From: Candidatus Omnitrophota bacterium | Lineage (GTDB): Bacteria; Omnitrophota; Gorgyraeia; JAFGHF01 | Direction: 5' to 3' | NCBI GenBank assembly: GCA_020341815.1 | Contig: CP070837.1 | Coordinates: forward strand, 1,236,575-1,300,574 | DNA: 64,000 bases | In this document: positions 28,501 to 43,500 of the stretch, piece by piece | Layout of the letters: the number at the start of each line of letters is the position of its first letter | Position numbering within the stretch: position 1 is the stretch's first letter | Translations under genes and position numbers: made by a program | Notes under the pieces: model-generated | The model's input: the letters and a program-made list of their open reading frames with translations, nothing else | Databases searched by the model: none | Told to the model about the DNA's origin: nothing

Positions 28501-31500
28501 TTTGAAGTAAGTTCGGGCTTTCGCTCTTCGCCTATAAATAGCTCTGTTAAGGATATGGAGATTTTGGTAGTTACTTCCAGTTCACCTGTAAAAATTGGGT
28601 TTGAGCCGCCTGAGGCTAAAATGTATGAAGAATATAAAAAATTAGGGATAGAAGTGCCGCAGAAGGTCTCTCCTGAATCAATAGAAAAAGTCCATTTAAT
28701 AAACAAGCGGAAGGCACCTATCCAAGAGGAGATTATTAAATGGTTGAATAAGAATAACGCAAACTTCAATGACTCAGGATTGAGCGATGAGCAGCGGGCT
28801 GATGCGTTGTTATCAGCGCAGAAGAATCCGGAAATATACGACTTAACCACTACTTGGTGCCGGAAAAAGGTAAAGGAACTTAATAAGCTTAAAGGCTCGG
28901 CCGATGAAATTTTAATTGAGACGCTTGCTTTTATTCGCGAAGTATGCTGGTTGACTATCGGAAAGTGGCCTCGGGATGTGCAGGTATTGGGCGGTGTAGT
29001 CCTGCATGAAGGCGGCTGGGCAATCGAGATGGGTTCCGGAGAAGGCAAGACCCTGACTGGTCTTTTTCCCGTAGCCTATAATGCCATTCGCGGAAAACGG
29101 GTTTGGGCTGTAACGATTAATGATTATCTTGCCTGCAGGGATCTCCAGTTTTTGGGTCCAGTGTATGAACGCATGGATTTTCCTGCGGGAGTGACGGCAT
29201 GGGAAGGTAAAAGCTTTAAGTATACTCCCGATGCTGAACCCAGTCGTCGCATATGGCCTAACCTCCAAGCTCTTCATTATATGTATGGCTCTCCTGAGGC
29301 ACGAAAAAAAATTCATGAAATGCCTATTGTTTATGGTTCAGAACATGCATTTGTCGGAGATTATTTACATGACGGCATGATCTACACTTTAAAAGACCAG
29401 ATGTTCGGTAGATTGCCGGATTTTGTTCTTTTTGATGAAGTTGACTTTGTACTTATCAGTAAGGCGGATGATCCGCTAGTTATTAGTATGCCAAGAAGGG
29501 GTAGCAGAAGTAATATTATACACTATCCCTGGCTTTGTCGCCTTGCCTTAAAACATTTAAATGAAGGGGATGATTATGTCGTCAATAGAAGATCTAAAAA
29601 GGCTTTTCTTACCGATCGAGGAAAAGAAAAAATAATAGAAATTTCAGAGGAATATGATGAATTGAAAAGGTTAAAAGATAAGAAGCCTATAACATTAATT
29701 TTGCTTTTTGAGGCGGCTTTGACTGCAGCTCATCCTGAGCTTTATCGCAAGGATAAAGAGTATGTTATTAGAGGAGACAAGGGAATAATTCTCATTGACC
29801 CAGAGACCGGTGCCAGGAGGCCAGGGGAAGCCTTAGGCAACTATTTGCATGGGCCTGTGGAACATTTCGCAAAAATTCCTATTAGTATGGATTTCAATCC
29901 GCAGGCAAGAATGACTCGATGTGATTTTGCAAAGACATTGTCCGATGCAGGAGTAGAAGTAGCCGCTATGAGCGCTACTATAGGTCCAGATGCAGAGCTT
30001 TTAAAGACGTATGGACTTAAGGTGCGATATCTGCCTCGGCATTTTCAAAATATATGTAACCATTATCCTCTTATCCTCTGCATAAGCAGGAAGGGGAAGG
30101 AAAAAGCTATTCTTAAAGAGGTGCGTACGATGGGAAAAGAAGGCAGGCCAATAGTAATACTTGCTCCATTTGTTGATGAAGTTCACAATCTTTCCGATCT
30201 GCTTAAGCATGAAGGCATTAAGCATCAGGTTATCGATGGCAGCAAGCCCGAAAAAGAGCCTTATTTAATATCCCAAGCAGGCCAGAAGGGACAAGTAACC
30301 ATAGGTATAATTAAGTTGGGATGGGGCACAGACTTTACTTTGTCGGAAGAAACAAGAGCATTAGGAGGTTTCCATATAATTATCCCGCCTTTGAGCTCTT
30401 GGCGAGCATATCAACAAGCCAGGGGGCGTGCGGGCCGACAGGACGATCCGGGAAGTACGCGGATAATTGCATCTATATGGGATGAACTTATCCAGATACT
30501 TGGAGGAGAAAATTTAAAGAAAATTCTTGAGAAGGTTAAAGACTTGCCTGAGGATGAGCCTATTGAAGATGAAGAAATAAGGGCTTTGTTTGAAAAAATC
30601 CTTCTTGAAATTGAGAAATATAACAAAGAGCACCGTGCTGAAATGTTAGAACAGGAGAAGCATTTTAAGCAACAAAGAGAATCGCTTTGCTCCTTAAGAA
30701 AGTTTATTCTTCACAATCCAAGGCTTAAGGCCAAGGAAAGAGAAGGCATATTGAAAGTATTGGATAGCAATTGGAGGAAATATTTAATCCGCCTGGAAGA
30801 ATTGAAGAGGGAACGATTGCTGGAAGATTTTGATTTGAGCAAATGTTTGGAGGATACACAATTTGCGGAAGTGATGGCCAGCGCCTTACTTAGTCAAATC
30901 GAATTTATCTATATTTTAAGGAAAAAATTCAATAAAAAATGGAAAGGAACCTTGACTTTCCCCTTTGAAGGAAAATTTTTAAGCGTTTTAATAGATATTA
31001 TTCAAAAAAGATACCATCATACTATAGAACATGAGGAATTACTTCAGGAGATAACAAAATCGAGGAGACCTCAAGAATTATCCGCACTTGATGATTTGAA
31101 AAGGCTATGGGATAGAGAAACAATAGAACCATATTCTTCAGAAGAAAGAAATTTAAGTTTGGACGATCGCAAAAATGAAATTTCAATTAGCATAATAAGA
31201 ATTAATTTTCCGGTTGGCGAAAGAGTTCTTTCTGCCATGGCAGTAAAGATTTATAAAGATGATAAGAAGACGAGAAAACTTTTGGGATATCTTATTAAGA
31301 TTCCCTATGGCATAAATACTTTTACAAAATATTGGCGCAAGCCAGAGGAGGGAGAATTATCTCATGTGGAATTTTATCCCCAAATAATAAAGGAAATATA
31401 CCGGATAAAAGAGAAAATGCCCCTTATAAAAAAGGCTATAGAAGATGTGGAAAAAGCAGAGTCGCCTATGAAAATCGACCCTATATTTAACCATATTAAA

Positions 31501-34500
31501 TATGCTGCAGAAATTATTGTAAAATCCCATATAGAACCAGATAGTAACGATGGAAAATTCATCAAATTCCTTTACGATTTATTGCTGAATGCCGAAAATA
31601 TTCCTTCATCAACGCAAGACCCTTTGATTCGATTGAAGAAAAAAAAGAGAATGGAACCATTGAAAGAACTTTTAAAGGATAGAAGCTTGGAAGATGTCGT
31701 GGCGGAAATGAGACGTAACAACTTGCTAAGATTAACTACCGATACCGAGAAGATTTTTTTAGCGCTTTATTATAGAAAATCAATAAGCGAAGCAATGCGA
31801 GATTATAATCGTTCCAGGGCGGCAATAAATAACATTTTCAGGAATTGGGAGAAGGCAATATCATCTTTTTTAATAAACATGGATCGTTTTTCCAATCTTC
31901 CGAAGATAAAAAGGAATTGTTTAAATGAAATTATTTCCAAAGGGATTATTTGCGTAAACGAACCGGATGATTTTTTGGATATTCATCACGATTTACTTAA
32001 AAATGTATGCAAAGTTTTAGATAAAATAGAAAAATATTTAGATATTTCAATCTTTAAAGGCGCAGAATTAAAGTTTGAGTATGGTTATTTGTCGATATTA
32101 ATAGACAATATAATTTTCACTCTTGATGCCCCCGGGTCTATCGATTCTATAGGTAAGCATTTTGTAAAATTATTTATCGATAAGAAGATTCCAGGGACAT
32201 CGCTAAAGCAATGGAAGGAGTTTATACAAAAAGCGGGATTTGAATATATAAGGGATGGCAAGCCGATTAAACCTACGGCTATAAGAGAAAAAACAATATA
32301 TAAAACTGAAGGATGGACAAATCTGGACTCGGGCCCTTGTAAAAAATTGAGAGATTTATTAAAAGAAATTCAAGATCCGTACAATTATTTAGTGGAAGCG
32401 TTATGGCTATTATTAAATAATCCGGATTTGGTAAATGAGAAAGATCCTATTTCTGTATTTATTCAAGAGGCTTTAGGGTTTGGCGCTGCTTCTATAGAAA
32501 GCTCATCGCCTATAGATAATGTATCTATAACAATAGAGATGAAGGATAGATTCACAAATGCAAAGCCAAAAAGAATAATTAATAAAAAATTTGCAAAAGA
32601 AATAATTGTTTTATTAATAGATGATCCTTGGATGAGATCAAGGGAAATAATGGAAAATTTGGTAAATGAATATTTTAGATTTCCGAAACAATTGTCCAGA
32701 AGAATAAAAACTACTTTTGGAAAGGATTTAGAAGTATTGAAGCGGGAATATCAGGTCAAATGGCTTGAGCATATGGATAAAGAAGCATTGACAATCTTAA
32801 ATGATTGCCCTTGCATGAGAGGTATGGAAGAGCTTAAGGAAAAGTTGGCAAAGCATATTCCTATCCTGGATAAGATGCCCATAAATACTTTTAGAGGAAG
32901 ATTGCGGTCAATTCCGAAATTACACGAAAAAGTATTATCATTGCTGAAGTCCGCTAGAAAACTCCGCAGCCTCTCCAGCCCGGCAAATATTTTTTATCAA
33001 AAACTTTTTTCTTTTTTAAGTAAAAAGAAAGACCTTTGGGTTGAAATAAAGCGGATATCCCGGACAAATAAACTTCCTAAGAATGGGATATATGGCTCTT
33101 CCAGGATAATTCAGTTAGGGACAGAAAGCCTAAATTCGGTTATAAAGCATTTTATGCTCTATCAGGGGTATGTAGTTCGAGGAAACATCAAGTATATTAA
33201 CGATGAGGCTTGTTTAAAGGGAATAAGCATTACAGACATACTTGATTATTTAAGCAAGATCGGCATTAAGGAAGTTCTGTTGCTTGTTAAAAATTGTGAG
33301 GGTGAAAAAGGAATTTTAATTCCGGAAGGCATGAAAGTTATTATCCCTTTAACTAATATTTCTGAAGTTTATTGTTCTATGGATAACATAGACTATCGGT
33401 TTATAGATGGTCATGATATAGAAGAGAGAAGCAAAAATTTGGAAAAAGCACTTAAAGAGAAGACAGAAATAAAGACTTGGATCAGCGAGCGCTATCTTGC
33501 CGGAGGTTGGAAGGTCATTGATAAGCGAGACAAAAAAGATAAAGCCTATTTATATACATGGGAAGATGTCCTCCCCAGGATAATAAAGCGGGCTCTTAGA
33601 AAAAAGATCGAATCTGAGCACGAGGAATCTTTTCAGAAGGCAACTCAAATAATAGTAGAATTTCATTTCGCAGGCTATTCTTCTCAATTGGGTAATATCT
33701 ATAGAAGAGATGCATATGATGAGAAGCTTATTCCGGAAGATAGGAAAATTAGATTAAAAAATAAAAGTAAAGATAAGGTTATAAAATATTTAGTTGAGAA
33801 AACCGGCAAATCTAAAAAATATTTTGAAAGGATGAAAGAAAAAGAGCTTCGTGAGCTTTCTATAATGATATGCGGTAAGAGTCATTTCAAGGAAAGACTT
33901 ATATTTGAGCTCTTAGCAGACAAGGCTAAGCTTAAGCTTAACTGTAAGGTGAGAATTATTACACAGTATCATGCTGAAGATTTTGAAATAGAAATTGATA
34001 AAAATGAATTATTTTCCTCCAGCCCGGCAGTAATAGAATTAGGGAAAACACAAAAGATAATGCAGAAATATCTTAGTAGGAAATTGGGGGCAGCAGTTTC
34101 CTCGCCAATGGAAAGGGATAAGTGCGTTCATTCAAGAGATAAAGCCTCACCGGCTACAAAAATACCTTCTCTAGCAGCTAATATCATACGCTTTATGCCG
34201 CGAAAGGATAAGGTGAGGGTAAGGCCTCCGGGGTCAATGACAAAGGCAATGGCATGGATAAAGGATAGCAATAAGCTTATCTATGACAGAATGTTAGAGA
34301 CCTTTATGTCGGAGATTCCCAGGAAATTATTGGGTGAATTTTTAGAGAAGTATTTAATCTCAGAACATCCCCTGCTTACTCCTTTGCAGAAGCAGGCGAT
34401 GAAGGGTTATTTGATTAAGGTAGTAGAGGCTCTTGGTGATAACATGCAGCTTGCCCAGCGGTTTGTTGTTTTGCGGAAAATAGATAACCCTGTGCTTAAT

Positions 34501-37500
34501 GTTAAAGATTTAGCAGATGAATTAGGGCAGACATCGCGCTGGGTGGAGAGCTTATTATATGGCGAAAGATATCCAGATTATTATTATCAGGGTTCATATG
34601 AGAAAATTATAAATTATATCCAGAGAAACGATGAGGGTATGTATCAGCTTATATTAAAATGTATGATCGATGATTTTATGAATAATATGTTTGTATTTCT
34701 ATTAAATGGCGGAAGTAAGGTAAAGAAAGAAGATATATCCAGAGATTTTAGAAAATATTTACATAAGGCTTTATCTAAAGCCGGTCTCGATAAGTCTCAA
34801 AAGAAATATTATGAATATTTGTTGAATAATCCATCCAGCAGTGAAAAAGATATTGCAAATGAATTAAATGTTTCTGAATCAACCGTAAATAATAATTTAA
34901 AAGGAAAAGACCATTATTATAAGGCAAGTGGATATAACTATCAGGCAACAAGCGCTGAGAAAGAATTAATAGATTTTATCGATAAGCAGTTGACGCCAAG
35001 ACAGGATACGGCATATCTTGAAAAATTAAAAAGGAAATTACACCAGAAAAGGGTGGCAAAAATAGCCGATAATATTCAAGGAATCGCAATTTATAGAGAA
35101 ACAATAAGTTATATATGTAGTTTTGCGAAAAAAGCAGACCTTGAAGATATATGGATGCTGGGTTATTCTTTGGCGAAAAAAGCCGTGAAGGATAAATGGA
35201 GCCTTAAGAAAATGATGTTTATGGTTTTTCTTATTGAGGAATTGTTGAATAATATGTTCGAAGAAGGCAATCGTCCTGAGGCAGCCGAAATTATTTGTAA
35301 ACAGGCAGGAAATAAAAGATTGTTTGATTTAACTAAGGAAGAAATGCACAGCTTAAATCGAAAATTAAAGGCATCTGGTGCGCATGTTATTAGACAGAAG
35401 AAAGCTTTTTTCTTTATCATGCCCGATTCGAGTGCAATAGAAATGTTAGTTAATATAATATTGAAGAATAAAAAGAGAGCTAAACAGGAAGCCAAGGAGC
35501 TATTGCAAGGATTAAGGAATAGAAGGAGATTAAAAAAATTCATTAGCAATCAAATGAATAATAAAGTGCGTTCTATTGGACTGCCGCAAGAGCCTGCCCT
35601 GCCCCGGAAAAGAGGAGATGAAGTTATCCTCAATCAGAAAAATGAAAGCGGGCAGCGCATAAAGATACAATATAACACAGAAGGCTCTTTGCGGATCTTT
35701 TATAAAAAAGGTGGCGAACAAAAAACGGGAATTATCAGCTTTATGAAGGAAGAAGAGAATAGCATAACTATAATGGTGGATTGTGATTTTTTCTTGGAGT
35801 CGGATATAATGACGGAACTTGTACTCTGGTTTTCCCGGTTGTTGTTGTCGAAACAGGAAAAGGGAAAATACATCGCTATGCTCTTTTCATTCACTGATCC
35901 CCCTGTAAATATCTTGTTATCTATACTTGAGAGATACGGGAGTGTCATAGGCTATTGGGACGGCAAGCGGTATCGCGGGAAAAGGGTTTGGAGGAGGATT
36001 GGAGATAGGACTCTTTCAATAAATTATCTTGGTTTGCGCGTCAAACCCACAAGAGAAAAAGTTTATGGCCCTAATATAAGAAAAACCAGGACACTTTCCT
36101 CTCCCGCAAAAGATGGTTCTAAGGATAAAAAAGTAAAATTTCTAAACTGTCCCGATACAATAAAACCGATTTCCGGTATTTTCTTAAGTGGGATAGAGCC
36201 GTCTGAGCAGAAAATGCAACAGCTTCTCCCTGCATCCGGCAATAGGGCAGAAAAAAGAATAAGGGGCGTGGCGGAAGTTGTTGGGGTGTTCTTAAGCAAG
36301 AATGAGGATACTTCTGATTCCGCCGCCTCGCCAATAGACTCAAGTAAAGAAAATAAATTAGATCTCGGAAAAATAGAGCCCTATATTGATTGTTTGGAAA
36401 ATATCATAAGATTAGCAGCAATGCTCCCTGATAGTAGAGAAGAAGGCTTTTATTCAATTATATTTTCTCTGAATTGCAATCTCAAAACATTAAAAGATAA
36501 TTTTGATGAAAATAGTATTCAAGATATAGAAAATTTATTTAAAAAATTATGGCAAAGTACAGTGCAGATATTGAAGGATAGAGCAAGAGAAGTTCACAAA
36601 AATTTAAATCCTAAAGAAATATATAAATTTGGCTGTATGATTAAAGAATTTGGGGTGCTTAAAGAAAGTTTATTTTTGGGCCAAGAGCCTATAAAATCGG
36701 TTTTAGAAATAGAACAAGAAATAGTAGAAAATATTTTAAAAAGATTGAAATACTATCTGAAGACAAAATTGATAGACTTAGATTTTAGAGATTCCAATCT
36801 TGATGAATGGAATAAATTTATAATGCAAAGAGCAACTTCTATAGAACTTCTGCAGGAAGATAAATGGAGAAAAGCATGGTCATCCGTTGATGGAAATAGG
36901 AACCGAGATTCCATCTCCTCGCCGATAAATCCGGGTTTGCCGCAGAGCGAGAAAGACATTCTTGAAATCATTTCCCACTTTATAATTACTGATAAAGAAA
37001 GCTTATCTGAATTGACAAAGGGTGTTAGCCAATTAATTTCTTCAAGACAAAAAGATTTTCTTGCTATTGAAAATAAGTTAAATATGGATAGCTCGGAAGA
37101 AATGATATCGGGCCTGCAAGATTTGCGTCTATTAATATTAGGAGATGTAATAAATACCAATAATATCAATTTTCTTGTTGAGTATGACAGAATAGATAAA
37201 AATCTTATAGGATATGTTGCGTTACCTGTATTTACATATATCTTTTTGCGTCTTTTATTAAAGCAAAAAAATGTATGGTGCTTTTGTGCACCGGAACATA
37301 TAGTTAATTTGATTTCTATTAATGAGTCAGAAGGCTTATTTGTAGATAGCTTTTTAGCAGAGTTTTTTGAGATAGACTTGCGTGAATATTATAGATGTCA
37401 GAATAAGCAGTTATCTTTAAAAATTGAATATATGCCTGAGAGCCAAAGGGCCTTAGGATTGCAAGATAAACTTAATCTGTTTTACAATCCTTTGAGATGG

Positions 37501-40500
37501 CAGATAGATATTCCCGCTTTAGTAGAAAAAATAAAGCATAATACCTTACGTATTAAGAGAGATAGCTTTTCTGTTTTCTATGTTCCTATTTTGGGAAAAA
37601 ATGGAAGAAAGGAAAAAATATTCGAAATATATCAGATAAGGTCCTCTGATGGGTTAGGAATAAAGTTGACAGAAAAGAAGATGGTAACAGAACTGTTATT
37701 GAAAGAGAAATTTTGCAAAGATGCAAAGTTGATTACTTTTCCCGTGGGGAGGGATGAGCAACTGCTTAATCGCAGAGAAGAGCTTTTTGAAGAGTCATGG
37801 GACAAACTGATGCACAGGTTTCCGATAAAAAGAGATAAGCCATTGCTTCCATGGGGCTTTTTAAGCAATATAAGAGGCATAAAAGAAGATGCTTCTAATT
37901 TTTATCTCAGTTCTCCGGCTACGGATGCCGTATTTAAAGCATTAATCAAAAATCCTTTTATTTCCAAAACAAAATTTAATTTTGCGGTCAGCTTGTCTGT
38001 TTTTAATCAGATGTGTGCGAAGGCTTTAGTAGAAAGAATAAAAATAATTTTAAGGGATGAACTGTTAGAAAATTTGCCTAATTTTACTCTGGATAATTTA
38101 TATGAGAAATTGCAAGAAATATACAGCTTAATCACAGATAAAAACTGTTTAGAAAATAATAAAAAGAAAAATAAATCTTTTATTGCACATATAGAGAAGA
38201 TGCTGAAATTAGCTAATACTTCCTGGATAAAAATAAAAAAAGAAATTATGCTAGAAAAAGCAAGACAATTATATCCTTTTGTTCAGCAAAAAGAGGAAAT
38301 CGCCAAAGAATTAAAGGACTTATATATAAAAGATAAAAATAAAGGGGTAGATTTTAGGAAAGCACTAAAAAGAAGGGTGAAGGGATTATTAAAAAATAAT
38401 CTCTGTATGCCCGAAAATAAAATAAGAGCTCAAATAGTGAAAGATTTAGGTGTGAGAAGAATTTATCGGCAGAGACTTTATGAATGGCTAGAGCCGTTGG
38501 GAGGTCTTAAGCATTTACGTGCTGAGGCGCTATATGAAATATTGGAAGAAATAACTGCAAAAAGACAACAAGAGCAAAAAGTCTTTACCCTGGATACATT
38601 TTTTTATATGTTTATTGTATTAGGATGGCTTGGCTTAGGTTCCGGCATAAGTAAAAACTTTTTCCGCAGAGAGATAAATGAGTTATTAGCCAGATTGGAT
38701 ACGTCTTTTGAAGAAACAGAGGCTGTTGCCTTTCTGAAGACGAAAGGAGTAGATTTAGAAAGTAGTATATTTAGGAGGCGGTCTAATGATGATCCCAGGC
38801 CAAGATGCACTTATCAAAGAGCATATAGAAGGTTGAAGCTGATTGAGAAAACATGGAATGAAGCGGATTGGCAGGGAGTAGAGCATGAGCCTTTTTCTGT
38901 AAAGGAGATAAACTTAAAATGGCTGGCACAATGTTCTCCCGAAAGACTTAAGCAGAAAGTATTAGAACGAATTCAGCAAAGAATAGAAGAAGCAAAGGCA
39001 GATGAGTATATTTTAGAGACTTTAATCAGCCACGGCGGCCATCAAGGGCAGGCAGCGTATGCATTGGGCCTGACCAGGTACCAGCTAAGCTGGCGATTAA
39101 AGCAAAACCCGTTTTTAAGAGGACTGATCGACCCCAAGAAAGTTATTGCAGAGAGCAATAGGCGGAAATGGAAAGAAAAGAAAATACACAAGGCATTAAC
39201 AGAGCTTATCTTAGGTATTGCCGCAGAGACAGAAGAAACATTTAAGGGTCAAAGCCCGGATGTGCTTATTTTGAAAGCAACAGATTTGGTATTGGATAGA
39301 TATAATAATATAAGAAAAGACAATCTTCAGTTTGCCTTAATGAAGACAAAAATAATTCTGGGCACGCTTAAATATGAAAAAGATCCTATTTTAAGAAAAA
39401 TAGTCCTTTTATTGGAAGACTTTATATGGCTTTGCCATCAGATTATAGCATTAAAAACTTTTACAAAAGCAGAAAACTCATTATTGCTGAAGAATTATAA
39501 GAAAGCAAAAGAATTATTTTCTGAAATTAGCGCGATTGCGCCTGAAGGAAGCGACTTTGCCGCGCGGGCGGTTGTGTCTATAAAACGATGTGATGACCTG
39601 ATATTGGCAGTATCGGAATTTACTGCGGCAAAAAGAATGATGAGGTGGCAACGATTGGAAGATTATCAATGTGCACTGGGAAACTTTATAAGAGGTATAA
39701 ACAGGATTGAGAGATATAAGGATGAGCCTTTGGAAGGGAGTATTATTTCCGAGGTATGGCAATATATAGATGAAATTATAGATGAGTCATCATCAATATA
39801 CTATAGGCTGGGTAAAAAGCTGATTTTAAATGAAGAGTTTGAAAGAGCAGAAGAAGTTTTCGAAGAAGCAATACTTCTATTTGCGCCGATTGTCAATATG
39901 CCGCAGGATACGACAATCATTGATAAAACAGAAGGACATAAAGATGCTTTTGCTGATTTGAAGAAAATAGCATCTATGCTTGCAGTCTCTAAGCAATTAA
40001 GGATAAATGGATGTTATGAAAGGGAAAGACTTTTATTGCAAAAAATTATTGATTATATAAGGAATGTAAGCGGAATGATTCTTACGGGTTTTTGTGCGGA
40101 TGTTGCCCAGCACCATATGAAAAAATGCGCAAAATCCATTTGGGCTAATTCCAATTGCAATAAAATAGATAGTAATAATTTTATTTCCAAAGAATCCTTT
40201 AAAGAAGAATTTTCTTTAGAAAAACTTAGAATTTATCGTATATTGCAGAAATTTTCTATAGAGAATAAAGTTATTTTAGAAAAGCTAAAAATAGATATCC
40301 TTGCTTTAATAAATATTATAATAAATCTTGAGCCGAAAATTAATGCGTGTCTGGAAGGTTTAGAGGACAGGAAAGACCTATATGCTTATATCAGAAAGGA
40401 ATTGAATTGGGCAAGGGAACGCGGATACCCTTTAGGGGCAATTATTGCTATTATTGATAACATTTTATTGGAGAGAAAAAAATGCTTTTTAGAAAAATTC

Positions 40501-43500
40501 GGGGGTGTCTCTGTTATCTCTTCTTTCGAAGGACGGCATATTTATGGCAGGGGAGGGTATCTTCATAAAATAGAGGCAGAAGAGGGAGGAGCAGTAATAT
40601 TTGACGAAAGAGGTTTTTTAACAGAGATTATTTTGACAGACGATAGATATAGGCCGATAGGGGTTATAAGAATTAAACGTCTGAATAATAATAATAACAC
40701 TAAAATTACTGCTGATTTTAGTGAATATGGGGATATGACTAAGACTAAGACTAAGGATAAGGTGTCGAGATATAAACTAAATTACTTAGTAGCCGCCTCG
40801 CCGGCTCACCGGCAGGAGGAAAATAGTGACACAGACCGCATATTTATAGGAAAAGCATTCTTGCGATGTTTTGATATTGGACTTGCGGGCCTTGTGAGTC
40901 TTATTTCTATCATTGGTTATACATATTTTTATACTAAATTTTATGCTCCCCAGGTAGATTTTTATAGCCATCTGAATGAAAATATATTCGGTTGGTTTCT
41001 TGTTATATTTATTTGTGTAGGATTGCATGAATTGGTGCATCGTTCAGCGATTAGATATTATAAATATAAGAAGAAACATCAGTTGGAATATAAATTTAAC
41101 TGGTTTAGTTTTAAAAAGGGCACATACTTTACTATAACTACTAAAAATAGAAAAATTATTAAAAAAATAGAAAAAAGAGGCAAGTATACTAGCCGGATAT
41201 TATTTGCATTTTTTGTTATTTCAGGAATTATATTACCGGGTTTCAATTTTGAGATAAAAATAACGGGTTTTATAATAACAATATTTAGAAAAATTCATTT
41301 ATCTTTGATGGGGTTAATAAAGTTGTTTTTTAGTTTTTCTTCAAAAGATATAGAAGAAATAAAAGAAGTAACTTATGAAGAATCACAGCAGATTATTATG
41401 CGAATGATTAGGCAATGTCAAGCGGCTTTAGAGAGGCTCATCGTAAAAAAACCTACAATGATTATGTGGGGCGGGAAAGGGCCTTGTGTAGGTAAAGGAT
41501 GGACAGCTCGTAATTTTAGTAATTATTACAATAAGCATAAAAAAGGTAAGAAAGGTCAATCTTATGTTATCAGAGGAGATAATAGTATATATCATTATAA
41601 AGACCGGCCACCCCCATCTAAGGTAGGTTATCCTGAGAATACCTTTGATATTGAAAGATTAGAAATAGTAGTAAAAAGCGCTGCTTCTTTAAAAGAAGTG
41701 CTTATGACTATTTATGACGATACATTTAGGATGCCTTTAGGGGTTTCGGAAGAAATGCTTGCAGAAGCTTTGAAGAATTGCCCTGTTATGCAAAAAGGAG
41801 GTTATGAATTATTGCTTCTGCCGGATGCTGTAAAAGATGTAGAATTGAAATATTTTTTACCCGAAGATTTCATTGATGAAATGATTGAAAAAGTTAAAAA
41901 TAATGGCGATGATGAGAAAATAATCGAGAAACAGATTAAAACTATAATTAATAGAAGCAATCAGCCTTTAAATAGTAGAAAATATTTAATTAGTCCGGCA
42001 GTTAAAATATATATTGATACGAGAACGGGATATTTAATACAAGGATTTAATTTTGCCAAGGAAGATACCGTAATAATTGAATTTGAACAAGCTTTGACTT
42101 TTGAGGATATAAGAAAATATGCGGATATTTGTGTGTTTGTATATGCAGAGCAACAAATTCAAAAAGATTTATTTATGGGAAGAAGAGAAAACGGGGAAAG
42201 ATACCCAGACCTTACTGAGGAACAAGCAAGAGAAAAATTTAAAGAATTATGTGCAAGGGTAAATGCCAATCCTCTATGTAGAGAAGGGGAACAACACGCA
42301 AATATTATTATTGTTAATACAGCTTATCTTGCCCGTAGTTTGCAGCATGAATTTGGTATCATGAATCCACATACATCTTCCCCGATAGTGAAAAAAGGGA
42401 ACGGTTCTAATTCTTTATCCGCCTCGCCGGTGGAAGGGGAAACATCCCATTCTCAAGATATTAAATTGAGCCAAAGAGAAATCGATTCTTTGATTCAAAA
42501 TTTAAGAACAGATAGTTATTATGAAGTATTTAAATATTATTGGAATAAATTTGCTATATACGGAGAAAAATGCCCTAAAGAACTTATCATAGTGAATAAG
42601 TTGAAGTATAGAATTTTATTGATATCTAATACCGTAGGTCTTCCGGAGTCACCGGAGGATACCTATGGGCGAATTTTAAAGTTTATTGAGTGTAAGATTA
42701 AAAAAGACCTTAATTCTTTAAAAGAAATTAGAGAAACATCGTTATCTTATGATGAATGGCCTCTCGAGCTTAAAAAAATAGTAAAACAAGTACAAAATTT
42801 TTTGTGCAAAATTTTTTGGGAAAGATACAAATTAAACGTTACAATAGATTTAGCACAAAAAATGCTGATAGATAATCAGTTTGGATCATATAATTACGAC
42901 ACTTCCCGTTTAATTGACAAATTTTTTGTGAGTTATGAAAAAGATATCGGCAATTTCATTGTTAAGATTATCCATGAGGCTTTACATGTTTATTTACCCT
43001 TTGGTTTTTTCGATATTTTTGATTTATTATTTTTAGAAGAAGGTTTTGTTTCTGAGGAGACAATTGCATTAGGTCAATTTTTTCAGCAACAAACCGATAT
43101 TCAAATAAAAGAGGATTCTCATCTTTTGAATAGAGAGGTTTATAATAAGATTGAGCGAAAGGTTGGACGAGATGCGGTTATGGAATTTATCCTTAGAGGG
43201 TCAAGAGATTTATTTCTTGATAGATTTGGAGAAAACAGCCATATTGTATTCGCTATCTTAAATTATCTACAGCATTTAGATAACATAAAATGGCCTGAAC
43301 GTATGGAGATAGCAAAGAATATTATAGACAATAGTTGTAATTTGCATGTGTTGAAGAATTTTATTATAAAGGAGAAGGAACAATATCTGTTAGATAAGAG
43401 ATTTGTTTGTAATGTCTGGAATGTCGTTAATAAAAGAGGGACTATTTTCAATCCAAATTTATTGTTATCCAATCCCATAAACGCCGCCGCTTCGCCGGTG

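Noticed and set aside
28305-29048. 247-aa minus-strand ORF and the many other 60-190-aa antisense ORFs within the giant gene
   Set aside because: Ser/Phe/Leu/Ile-rich shadow translations with no motifs, RBS or promoter, unlike the two protease operons.
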